Origin: Calditrichales bacterium
GTDB taxonomy: Bacteria > Calditrichota > Calditrichia > Calditrichales > J004
DNA length: 64,000 bases
NCBI GenBank assembly: GCA_965267575.1
Contig: OZ254086.1
Coordinates: 2,272,001-2,336,000, forward strand
Direction: 5' to 3'
This document shows positions 27,185 to 34,431 of the stretch, one piece after another; position 1 is the stretch's first letter; the number at the start of each line of letters is the position of its first letter. The notes beneath the pieces are model-generated. The model saw only the letters and a list, made by a program, of their open reading frames with translations, ran no database searches and was not told where the DNA came from. Made by a program: the position numbers and the translations under genes.

Positions 27185-28183
27185 TTACTGAAACGAAACC
27201 TGCAAATTAAACAACACCCGGTGATGATCTATCTCGGTGTTGTCCAGATCCAGCACGTAGTTGGCCTGGAATTCGGTTACCGCGGTGGGCCACAGGTTAT
27301 AGCCCAGCACGACCCAGTTTGTTTCCGAGCCGCGGTCATTATCGTAGGTTTCATAGCGCAGCAGAAGCTGGTTTTGCGGGTTGAGCATGTATCCGCCCGT
27401 AACATAAAATCCTGACGGCTGCGGACTGAAATCGCCCGGGCCCAGCAATGAGCCGCGCAGGTATTCGGCAGCAAAAAGCCAGTTGATACCCTGGTAGCGT
27501 ATATCCGCGCCAAACAGCTCGCGCTCGCCGTTAAAGGTCAGTCCGTCCACCGCTGCGGCATTATCGTCGCTGAAGCCGAAGTTAATGCCGGCCTCAACAT
27601 TGTTGCCGTCTTCACGCACGGGCAGCCAGGTAAGCCGGCCCACATAAAGATAGGCATTATTGTCGTTGCCGTTGGCCGCCGTTCGGTTGCCGTTAAAGGC
27701 GCCGACGCGCAATTGCAATTCTTCCGCCGCAGGCCAGAACTCAAGCATCACACCGGTTTGAAAGCCCGGCCGGAGTGCGTTTACAATATTGGAGCGGTTA
27801 ACAAAGTCGATGGCATCGGCCCGAATAAGAAATTCCTTGCTGAACGGCGCTTTAAAAACGCCGGCATGTACCCGAAAACGGTTGCGCTTAAGCCAATACA
27901 TGATGCGTGCTTCCTGCAGAGTGCTTGCGCCTACGGCGTTGGCCTGCAGGCGGTAGGCAAAATCCCCCGGCAGGCTGCCATGAACGATAAGCCGCGCGTT
28001 GCCCAGGCTAAAACCATTCACGCCCGGCACAATACGTTCATTCTGAAAATCACCCACGGCCTGGATCATCACGCCCACGTTAACGGTGGCGGCACTTTGA
28101 ATTTTGGGCACTTCCTGGCCGTACAACCCGAAAAACAGCGCAAGCAGCCAGACAATCGAAAACAGTTGTTTATTTTTTAACAT
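27185..28183 (-). CDS. Porin, OprO/OprP-like outer-membrane beta-barrel
   Basis: Signal peptide; F.L..AR...G, G.FK.PFS.E, GAFNGN, RL.W.P, AAEY, GFYV..GY, C-terminal Q.SF. Confidence 0.8.
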   Translation of the reverse strand: MLKNKQLFSIVWLLALFFGLYGQEVPKIQSAATVNVGVMIQAVGDFQNERIVPGVNGFSLGNARLIVHGSLPGDFAYRLQANAVGASTLQEARIMYWLKRNRFRVHAGVFKAPFSKEFLIRADAIDFVNRSNIVNALRPGFQTGVMLEFWPAAEELQLRVGAFNGNRTAANGNDNNAYLYVGRLTWLPVREDGNNVEAGINFGFSDDNAAAVDGLTFNGERELFGADIRYQGINWLFAAEYLRGSLLGPGDFSPQPSGFYVTGGYMLNPQNQLLLRYETYDNDRGSETNWVVLGYNLWPTAVTEFQANYVLDLDNTEIDHHRVLFNLQVSFQ

Positions 28184-28291
28184 TTTACCAACCTTCCCGG
28201 GATTACCCTTTGTTTTTAAAAATAACTATTTTTTAAGGTGCGTTTGCTTGTTAATATTTCCCACGTTTTTAATGAAGGAGTACCATCCCCG

Positions 28292-29389
28292 ATGGAAAAT
28301 AACGAAAATCTGAATGGCGATAAAATTCTTGATATGCTGGATAGCGCGCAGGGCCTGTACGACCTTACGCGGGAAATGAATAAACTGAAACGCGTGGCCG
28401 CGGATCGCAGCGCCGATCCCGTGGAGCGCCAGGAAGCGTATGAAGATATCATCGATTCCGAAGTGGGCGATACAAGTTTTGTGCGGGCCCGCAATATCGA
28501 ACGTGAAAGCAGCCTGCGCCAGATCTTTTTCAAATTTGAAGGAAACAATCCCACCGGCACACAAAAAGACAGGATTGCTTTTGCCCAGGCTTTGGACGCG
28601 CTGCGCCGCGATTACGATTGCCTCACTATGGCCACCTGCGGCAATTATGGCGCCGCCTGCGCTTTCGCCGTTTCCCTCGCCGGTTTGCGCTGCCAGATAT
28701 TTATTCCGGAGCAGTTTCACACCCGCCGCGTGAAGGAGATGGAGCAGTTTGGCGCCGAGATCATTCGCGTGCAGGGCGATTACGAAACGGCCGTGCGGAT
28801 GTCGCAGGAGCATGCCGCCAAAAACGAGGTGTATGATGCCAACCCCGGCGGCGCAAATACCATGCTGCAACTGCGCGCCTATGGTGAGATAGCCTACGAA
28901 ATCTACGACGAATTGCGCGACGCTCCTGCGGCCGTGGCCGTCCCCGTTTCCAACGGCACTACGCTGGCCGGGGTGTACAAGGGCTTTCTCAGCTTGTACC
29001 GCCGCGGAAAGACCAGCCGCATGCCGCGCTTTATCGCCGGTTCCAGCTGGAACAAGAATCCCATTGTGCAGGCCGTGCTGAAAAACCTGGATACCTGTGA
29101 AGATCTGGTGCCCGAACGCATCCGCGAAACCGAGGTGAACGAACCGCTGATAAACTGGCACAGCATCGACGGCGACCAGGCTTTATGGGCCGTGCGCGAA
29201 AGTAACGGCTGGGCCGGGCATGCCAGTGATAAAAACCTGCTGGCCTGGGCCCGTAAGCTGCGCGAAAAAGAAGGGCTGCACGTTTTGCCGGCGTCAACAG
29301 CGGGGCTGCACGCCCTGCTGGCGCAGCATCAAAAAGAACCGCTGAATAACGACCGCTACGTGGTTGTGCTAACCGGAAGGAGGGACTGA
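28292..29389 (+). CDS. PLP-dependent fold-type II enzyme (threonine synthase-like)
   Basis: KFEG.NPTGTQKDR (PLP Lys), ATCGNYGAA, VPVSNGTT.AG, EGL.VLPAS.AG, VVVLTGR; AAGGAG RBS. Confidence 0.85.
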   Translation: MENNENLNGDKILDMLDSAQGLYDLTREMNKLKRVAADRSADPVERQEAYEDIIDSEVGDTSFVRARNIERESSLRQIFFKFEGNNPTGTQKDRIAFAQALDALRRDYDCLTMATCGNYGAACAFAVSLAGLRCQIFIPEQFHTRRVKEMEQFGAEIIRVQGDYETAVRMSQEHAAKNEVYDANPGGANTMLQLRAYGEIAYEIYDELRDAPAAVAVPVSNGTTLAGVYKGFLSLYRRGKTSRMPRFIAGSSWNKNPIVQAVLKNLDTCEDLVPERIRETEVNEPLINWHSIDGDQALWAVRESNGWAGHASDKNLLAWARKLREKEGLHVLPASTAGLHALLAQHQKEPLNNDRYVVVLTGRRD

Positions 29390-29390
29390 T

Positions 29391-30458
29391 ATGGCCCTGG
29401 ATGGAAAGGCCATTGTTTATTGTGACGCAGCGTTTAACACACCCAACGGAAAAACCGCCCACGGCCTGGTGCGCTTTACCGAGCGCTACGATGTTCTGGC
29501 CGTGATTGACCAGCGCTATGCCGGGCAGGACGCGGGTGAGGTGTTGGATGGCAAAAGTCGCGACATTCCGGTGGTGGACAACCTGGAGGCCGCACTGAAA
29601 GGACCGGGCAAAGGCGCCAAATTTTTTGTGATCGGTATAGCGCCGGATGGCGGGCGTCTGAGCGTAGCGGCGCGTGAAACGGTTAAAGAGGCCATCGGCA
29701 TCGGGTTGAATATCGATTGCGGTCTGCATGATTTTCTGACCGAAGACCCTGTGATAAGCACCCTGGCCCGGGAAAAGAAAATCCAGATCCGCGATGTGCG
29801 CAAGCCGCCGGAAAGATCGGAGCTGCACTTTTTTACCGGACGCATCGAAGAGGTGAAAGCGCTCAAAATTGCCATGCTGGGCACCGATTCCGCCGTGGGT
29901 AAACGCACCAGCGCCTGGATTCTGGTGCACGCGCTACGCAAGCTGGACATCAAAACAGAGTTGATTGGCACCGGGCAGACCGCCTGGATGCAGGGCGCCA
30001 AATACGGCGTGGTGATGGACAGCCTGATAAATGATTTTGTAAGCGGAGAGATTGAGCATGCCGTGGTCAGTGCCTGGGACAATGAAAAGCCGCAGGTGAT
30101 CGTCATCGAAGGGCAGGGCAGCATCATGAACCCGGCTTATCCGGGCGGCTTTGAGATACTTGCCGCCGGCCGGCCCGATCTGATCTTTCTGCAGCACGCG
30201 CCCATGCGTGAAGATTATGACGGTTTCCCCGGCTACAGGCTGCATCCCCTGCCGCAGCAAATCGCCGTGCTGGAAATGCTTTCCGGTAAAAAAGTAGCGG
30301 CGATTACATTGAACCATGAAGAGATGAAAAAGACGGAGATAGACAGCTATTGCAGCGCGATGAGCCGCACCCTGGGTCTGCCGGTGTACGATCCGCTGTT
30401 TCACGGAGGCGGCGAGCTGGCCCGGCTGATCAAGGAGGAATATCTTTTGACAGAATAG
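29391..30458 (+). CDS. DUF1611 domain protein (DgcN-like; Rossmann-like plus P-loop domain)
   Basis: GKTAHGLVR, IGIAPDGG, GLHDFL, GTDSAVGKRT, TGQT, VSGEIE, IEGQGS..NPAY, LQHAP. Confidence 0.88.
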   Translation: MALDGKAIVYCDAAFNTPNGKTAHGLVRFTERYDVLAVIDQRYAGQDAGEVLDGKSRDIPVVDNLEAALKGPGKGAKFFVIGIAPDGGRLSVAARETVKEAIGIGLNIDCGLHDFLTEDPVISTLAREKKIQIRDVRKPPERSELHFFTGRIEEVKALKIAMLGTDSAVGKRTSAWILVHALRKLDIKTELIGTGQTAWMQGAKYGVVMDSLINDFVSGEIEHAVVSAWDNEKPQVIVIEGQGSIMNPAYPGGFEILAAGRPDLIFLQHAPMREDYDGFPGYRLHPLPQQIAVLEMLSGKKVAAITLNHEEMKKTEIDSYCSAMSRTLGLPVYDPLFHGGGELARLIKEEYLLTE

Positions 30459-30574
30459 ACAGAGCGTACGGGATAGAAGAGGAAAAAAAGTTCATTCGGC
30501 CAGCTTAACAGGCCGGTTCAATGAATCTGTAGATTTTTATAATTCAATCCGGGCAATCCTGTAATCCTGTCCAA
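30447..30574. repeat. Inverted arms of 8-9-bp GACAGGATT-like units around an internal hairpin
   Basis: ttgacagaatagacag...gggat / aatcc..aatcctgtaatcctgtccaa; similar element at 38096-38165. Confidence 0.65.
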
Positions 30575-30607
30575 TTTTTCTGGAACCCGGACAAAACGGA
30601 GAAGATA

Positions 30608-32920
30608 ATGGCACAATTGGAGCAGAACGCGCTGGTCTGGCAGCGTCTGGATGTCGGCCCGGTTACAATCGAAAAAAAGCGGATAAAGGCGCGCTATGCC
30701 GTCACCACGGAGAAAGGCACGGAAGAGACGTTTCTCTCCTTCAGCTACGAAGAAGAGGTGTTTGACCCGGCAACTCCGGCGGACTCCAACCTGGCGATGA
30801 TGATTGCTGTGCAGCCTGCGCTCAACTATGGTCTGTTTGCAAAAGAAATCGTTTTTCATGGGTTGTTTGATGCCCAGGACCGGCGCTTTATCCGCGATAT
30901 GACCGAGAATACCTCGCGTGAGATTTATGTAAACAAATTGCTGGCGCCGAATGTTTTTCTTACCGGTGAAATGGCAAAGCTGAAACCGGAAAAACGTGAT
31001 CGCTACACGCTTGCCAACCTGCGCTTTGAAAAAGATCCCAAAACCAACCGCGCGCCATGGAAAATGTGGAACGGCGATCCGTCGCGCTACGCGGTGCTCT
31101 CCAGTGGCGGTAAGGACAGCCTGCTGACATACGGCCTGCTCAACGAGGCCGGGCTGGAAACACACCCGCTTTTTGTCAACGAGTCCGGGCGGCACTGGTT
31201 TACAGCGCTCAATTCCTACCGCCATTTCAGCGAATCCATCGCCCACACCGGCCGCGTCTGGACCGATTGCGACCGGCTGTTCAATTTTATGCTGCGCCAG
31301 ATGCCCTTTATCCGCAAAGACTACGCCGATGTGCGCGCCGATATGTACCCGATCCGTTTGTGGACGGTGGCTGTGTTCCTTTTTGCCGTGTTGCCTGTGG
31401 TGCGTCGCCGCGGCATCGGGCGCCTGCTCATCGGAGATGAATACGACACCACCCTGCGCGAAACCACCCACGGCATCCGCCATTACGCCGGCTTGTTTGA
31501 CCAAAGCCGCTTTTTTGACGAGCAGTTGTCGCGCTATTTTTTGGCGAAAGGCTGGGCCATTGCCCAGTTTTCGGTGTTGCGGCCTCTTTCCGAACTGCTG
31601 ATAATGAAGATTCTCTCCAACCGCTACCCGCAGCTTCAGGCCCAACAGGTCTCCTGCCATGCCGCGCACAAAGGCGAAGACGGCCGCATCTATCCTTGCG
31701 GCAAATGTGAAAAGTGCCGGCGCATTGTCGGAATGCTGCAGGCCATCGGCGGCGATCCCAAAAACTGCGGCTACAATGACCGCCAGATAGAAGAGTGCCT
31801 GGAGGCGCTGATGAAGGGCGGCATCCACCAGGAAGAAGAAGGCTATTTGCAGATGATGCACATGTTGCAGCAGAAGAAAAAAATTCCGCTGCAGCCGGCG
31901 TTTCGCAGCCACCCGGAGGTGCTTATGCTGCGTTTCGATCGTGAACACGCCATGCCGGAATATATCCCGGCCGACCTGCGCCATCAGATCTACCCGCTCT
32001 TGCTTGAAGAAGCGCAGGGGGCATTGCGCAAACGCGGCAAATCGTGGCAGCCGTTCGATTTGTGGCATTCCGAGGAGATGCGCAAAGCCTACGCTTTTGA
32101 CGCGCTGCCCTCAGGTTCAGCGTCGGAGCATCCCGGGGATGACGGCTACCTGTGGGGCGAGATGTCCTGGCCCGAGGCGGAGGAGTACCTAAAGCAAGTG
32201 GATGTGGCACTGCTGCCGGTGGGTGCCATCGAACAGCACGGCCCGCATCTGCCGCTGGATGTGGATGCCTATGATGCCGATTACCTGGCCCGCCAGGTGG
32301 CCGCCGCCTGCAGCCCGCCAAGGCCGCTGGTACTGCCGCTGATTGCCTACGGGGTATCCTACCACCATGATGAATTCAAAGGCACATTGAGCGTAACCAA
32401 CGAAACGCTCGCCCGCATGGTCTACGAGATCGGTATGAGTGTTGCCCGCAACGGCATCAAAAAACTGCTGATACTGAACGGCCACGGCGGCAACGACGCC
32501 ACACTCAATTTCGCCGCGCAAATGATCAACCGCGACGCCCATATTTTTGTCGGCGTCGATTCCGGCGAAACCAGCGATGCCGATATCTACGAAATGGTGG
32601 AGACACCCAACGATGTACACGCCGGTGAATTTGAAACCAGCACCACGCTGGCACTGCGGCCGCACCTGGTAAAAATGGACAAAGCCAAAAGCGCCGTTCC
32701 CGAATTTTCCAGCCGCTACCTGGATTACACCTCGCGCCGCGGCGTCTCCTGGCATGCCCATACCAAAAAGATCTCCGAAGACGGCACCATGGGCGACCCG
32801 ACAAAAGCTTCCGCCGAAAAAGGCCGGCGCATGTGGAAAATAATGATCGCTCACCTGGTGGCTTTTGTAGAAGAACTTAAGCGGCTTTCGCTGGATGAGA
32901 TACACCAGAAGAAGTATTGA
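30608..32920 (+). CDS. Fusion protein: MurL/QueC-like PP-loop ATP pyrophosphatase domain plus creatininase-family amidohydrolase
   Basis: N-terminal SSGGKDSL, FSVLRPLSEL, VSC...CGKCEKC; C-terminal LPVGAIEQHGPHLPL..D, NGHGGN, HAGEFETS, GDPT.AS.EKG. Confidence 0.85.
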   Translation: MAQLEQNALVWQRLDVGPVTIEKKRIKARYAVTTEKGTEETFLSFSYEEEVFDPATPADSNLAMMIAVQPALNYGLFAKEIVFHGLFDAQDRRFIRDMTENTSREIYVNKLLAPNVFLTGEMAKLKPEKRDRYTLANLRFEKDPKTNRAPWKMWNGDPSRYAVLSSGGKDSLLTYGLLNEAGLETHPLFVNESGRHWFTALNSYRHFSESIAHTGRVWTDCDRLFNFMLRQMPFIRKDYADVRADMYPIRLWTVAVFLFAVLPVVRRRGIGRLLIGDEYDTTLRETTHGIRHYAGLFDQSRFFDEQLSRYFLAKGWAIAQFSVLRPLSELLIMKILSNRYPQLQAQQVSCHAAHKGEDGRIYPCGKCEKCRRIVGMLQAIGGDPKNCGYNDRQIEECLEALMKGGIHQEEEGYLQMMHMLQQKKKIPLQPAFRSHPEVLMLRFDREHAMPEYIPADLRHQIYPLLLEEAQGALRKRGKSWQPFDLWHSEEMRKAYAFDALPSGSASEHPGDDGYLWGEMSWPEAEEYLKQVDVALLPVGAIEQHGPHLPLDVDAYDADYLARQVAAACSPPRPLVLPLIAYGVSYHHDEFKGTLSVTNETLARMVYEIGMSVARNGIKKLLILNGHGGNDATLNFAAQMINRDAHIFVGVDSGETSDADIYEMVETPNDVHAGEFETSTTLALRPHLVKMDKAKSAVPEFSSRYLDYTSRRGVSWHAHTKKISEDGTMGDPTKASAEKGRRMWKIMIAHLVAFVEELKRLSLDEIHQKKY

Positions 32921-33282
32921 GAATTAGGAATTCGGAATGAGTGGTTCATTTTTGTCATATCGAATCCATACAGCGGTGAGAGATCCCGGATCGTGCGTAA
33001 TCCTGGATTTCTCACATCCGTTGCAATTACAGGTTGGCTGTCATCCCCGCGAAGGCGGGGGTCCATGGCGCTTTAACCGGGGATCATGGGCGGCATTTTC
33101 AAATTCACTTTTTCTGGATTCCCGTTTCCACAGGAATGACAATTGAAGGGAAGGGGTTTGGGGATGGGTTCCTGCCCGTGCAGAGAAAGATTAGGATAAT
33201 GAGAATGAAAAAGACCCTTCGGTATCAATACAAATGACCTCAAGACTTCCGGACCACAAAACATCAAGACCACGAGACTTCG
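32921..33282 (+). repeat. Composite intergenic repeat: 7-mer, TGTCAT unit (32953-33031), dRS3-like doublet (33039-33141), GGGAAGGGG arm (33147-33170), 6-mer, 8-mer tandem (33233-33282)
   Basis: Read directly; same order as 890-1137. Confidence 0.88.
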
Positions 33283-33286
33283 CACA

Positions 33287-34354
33287 ATGAAAATAAAACA
33301 GACCGAACACTTCCTCGTCGCGATGGAGCTGAGCGAACCCTACACCATCGCCTATGAAACGGTAAGCCACGCCGAAAATATTTTTCTGCGGCTGGAGACG
33401 GATGGCGGTTTGGTCGGTTGGGGCTGTGCCGCGCCGGACCCGGGTGTGACCGGTGAAACGGCGGCCGGTGTGCAAAAAGCGTTGAACGAGATTGTTGTGC
33501 CCGCTCTCAAAGGGATGGATGCTTCACGGATTACATTGCTGCTGGCGCAGTTGCAGAAGCAGCTCGGCGGACAGCCCTCTGTGCTGGCGGCCGTGGACAT
33601 GGCGCTTTATGATCTGCTGGGTAAAAAAGCGCAGCTTCCGCTATGGCGATTGTTGGGCGGCTATCGCGACAGCATTGCCACAAGCGTCACCATCGGTATC
33701 CTGGATACGGAAAACACGGTGCGTCATGCCCGGGATTTTATCGACCGCGGTTTTGTATGCCTGAAAATAAAGGGTGGCAAGAATGTTGATGAAGACATCG
33801 AAAGGCTGATCAAAACCCGTGAAGCAATCGGCGATAGCATTGAGCTGCGTTTTGACGCCAACCAGGGCTACAGCCTGGAGCAGGCCCAGCGTTTTGTAGC
33901 AGAGACGCGGCAATGTAACCTGGAGCTTCTGGAGCAGCCAACGCCGCGTGAACAGCTTGACCTGCTTGGCAACGTGAGCCGCACCGTGCCCCTGCCCGTT
34001 ATGGCCGATGAAAGCCTGATGAACCTGCGCGACGCCTTCAGTCTGGCCCGCGCCGAGCTGGCTGATATGATCAATATAAAGCTGATGAAAGTGGGTGGCA
34101 TTAATGAGGCTTTGTCGGTAAATGCCGTGGCCCGTGCCGCGCGCCTGGAGGCGATGGTAGGTTGTATGGATGAGTCGGCGCTGGCCATTGCCGCCGGACT
34201 GCATTTTGCGCTAGCACGGCCCAACGTCTTCTACGCCGACCTGGACGGACACCTTGACCTGATTGATGATCCCTGCAAAGATATGTTGCGTCTTGAAAAA
34301 GGTATTCTTTATCCGCCCGACGCCCCCGGCCTGGGCATAGAGCCGCGTTTCTAG
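33287..34354 (+). CDS. Enolase-superfamily dipeptide epimerase / N-acyl amino acid racemase (AEE/DgcA-like)
   Basis: LKIKGG (KxK), DANQG, EQP, ADES, NIKLMKVGG, GCMDES, DLDGH (DxD). Confidence 0.92.
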   Translation: MKIKQTEHFLVAMELSEPYTIAYETVSHAENIFLRLETDGGLVGWGCAAPDPGVTGETAAGVQKALNEIVVPALKGMDASRITLLLAQLQKQLGGQPSVLAAVDMALYDLLGKKAQLPLWRLLGGYRDSIATSVTIGILDTENTVRHARDFIDRGFVCLKIKGGKNVDEDIERLIKTREAIGDSIELRFDANQGYSLEQAQRFVAETRQCNLELLEQPTPREQLDLLGNVSRTVPLPVMADESLMNLRDAFSLARAELADMINIKLMKVGGINEALSVNAVARAARLEAMVGCMDESALAIAAGLHFALARPNVFYADLDGHLDLIDDPCKDMLRLEKGILYPPDAPGLGIEPRF

Positions 34355-34431
34355 AAAGCCCCTAAAAGTTTGTATTTGTTGGTTTTATGGTCTATCTTTT
34401 GGCCATTTAACAACCCAAAAGAGGCCCGGCT

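Noticed and set aside
28292-29389. Assigning gene symbol thrC
   Set aside because: Signature motifs diverge and the operon context is not threonine biosynthesis
30518-32068. 516-aa antisense ORF, and similar ones at 12130-13512, 52911-54107, 55884-57134, 35386-36342 and 24350-25246
   Set aside because: They lie opposite well-supported genes, have no motifs or RBS, and are explained by codon bias giving stop-poor antisense frames
30608-32110. Calling the PP-loop domain queC
   Set aside because: The domain is about twice QueC length, has SGGKDS rather than SGGxDS with the QueC YGQ motif, and no other que genes are nearby
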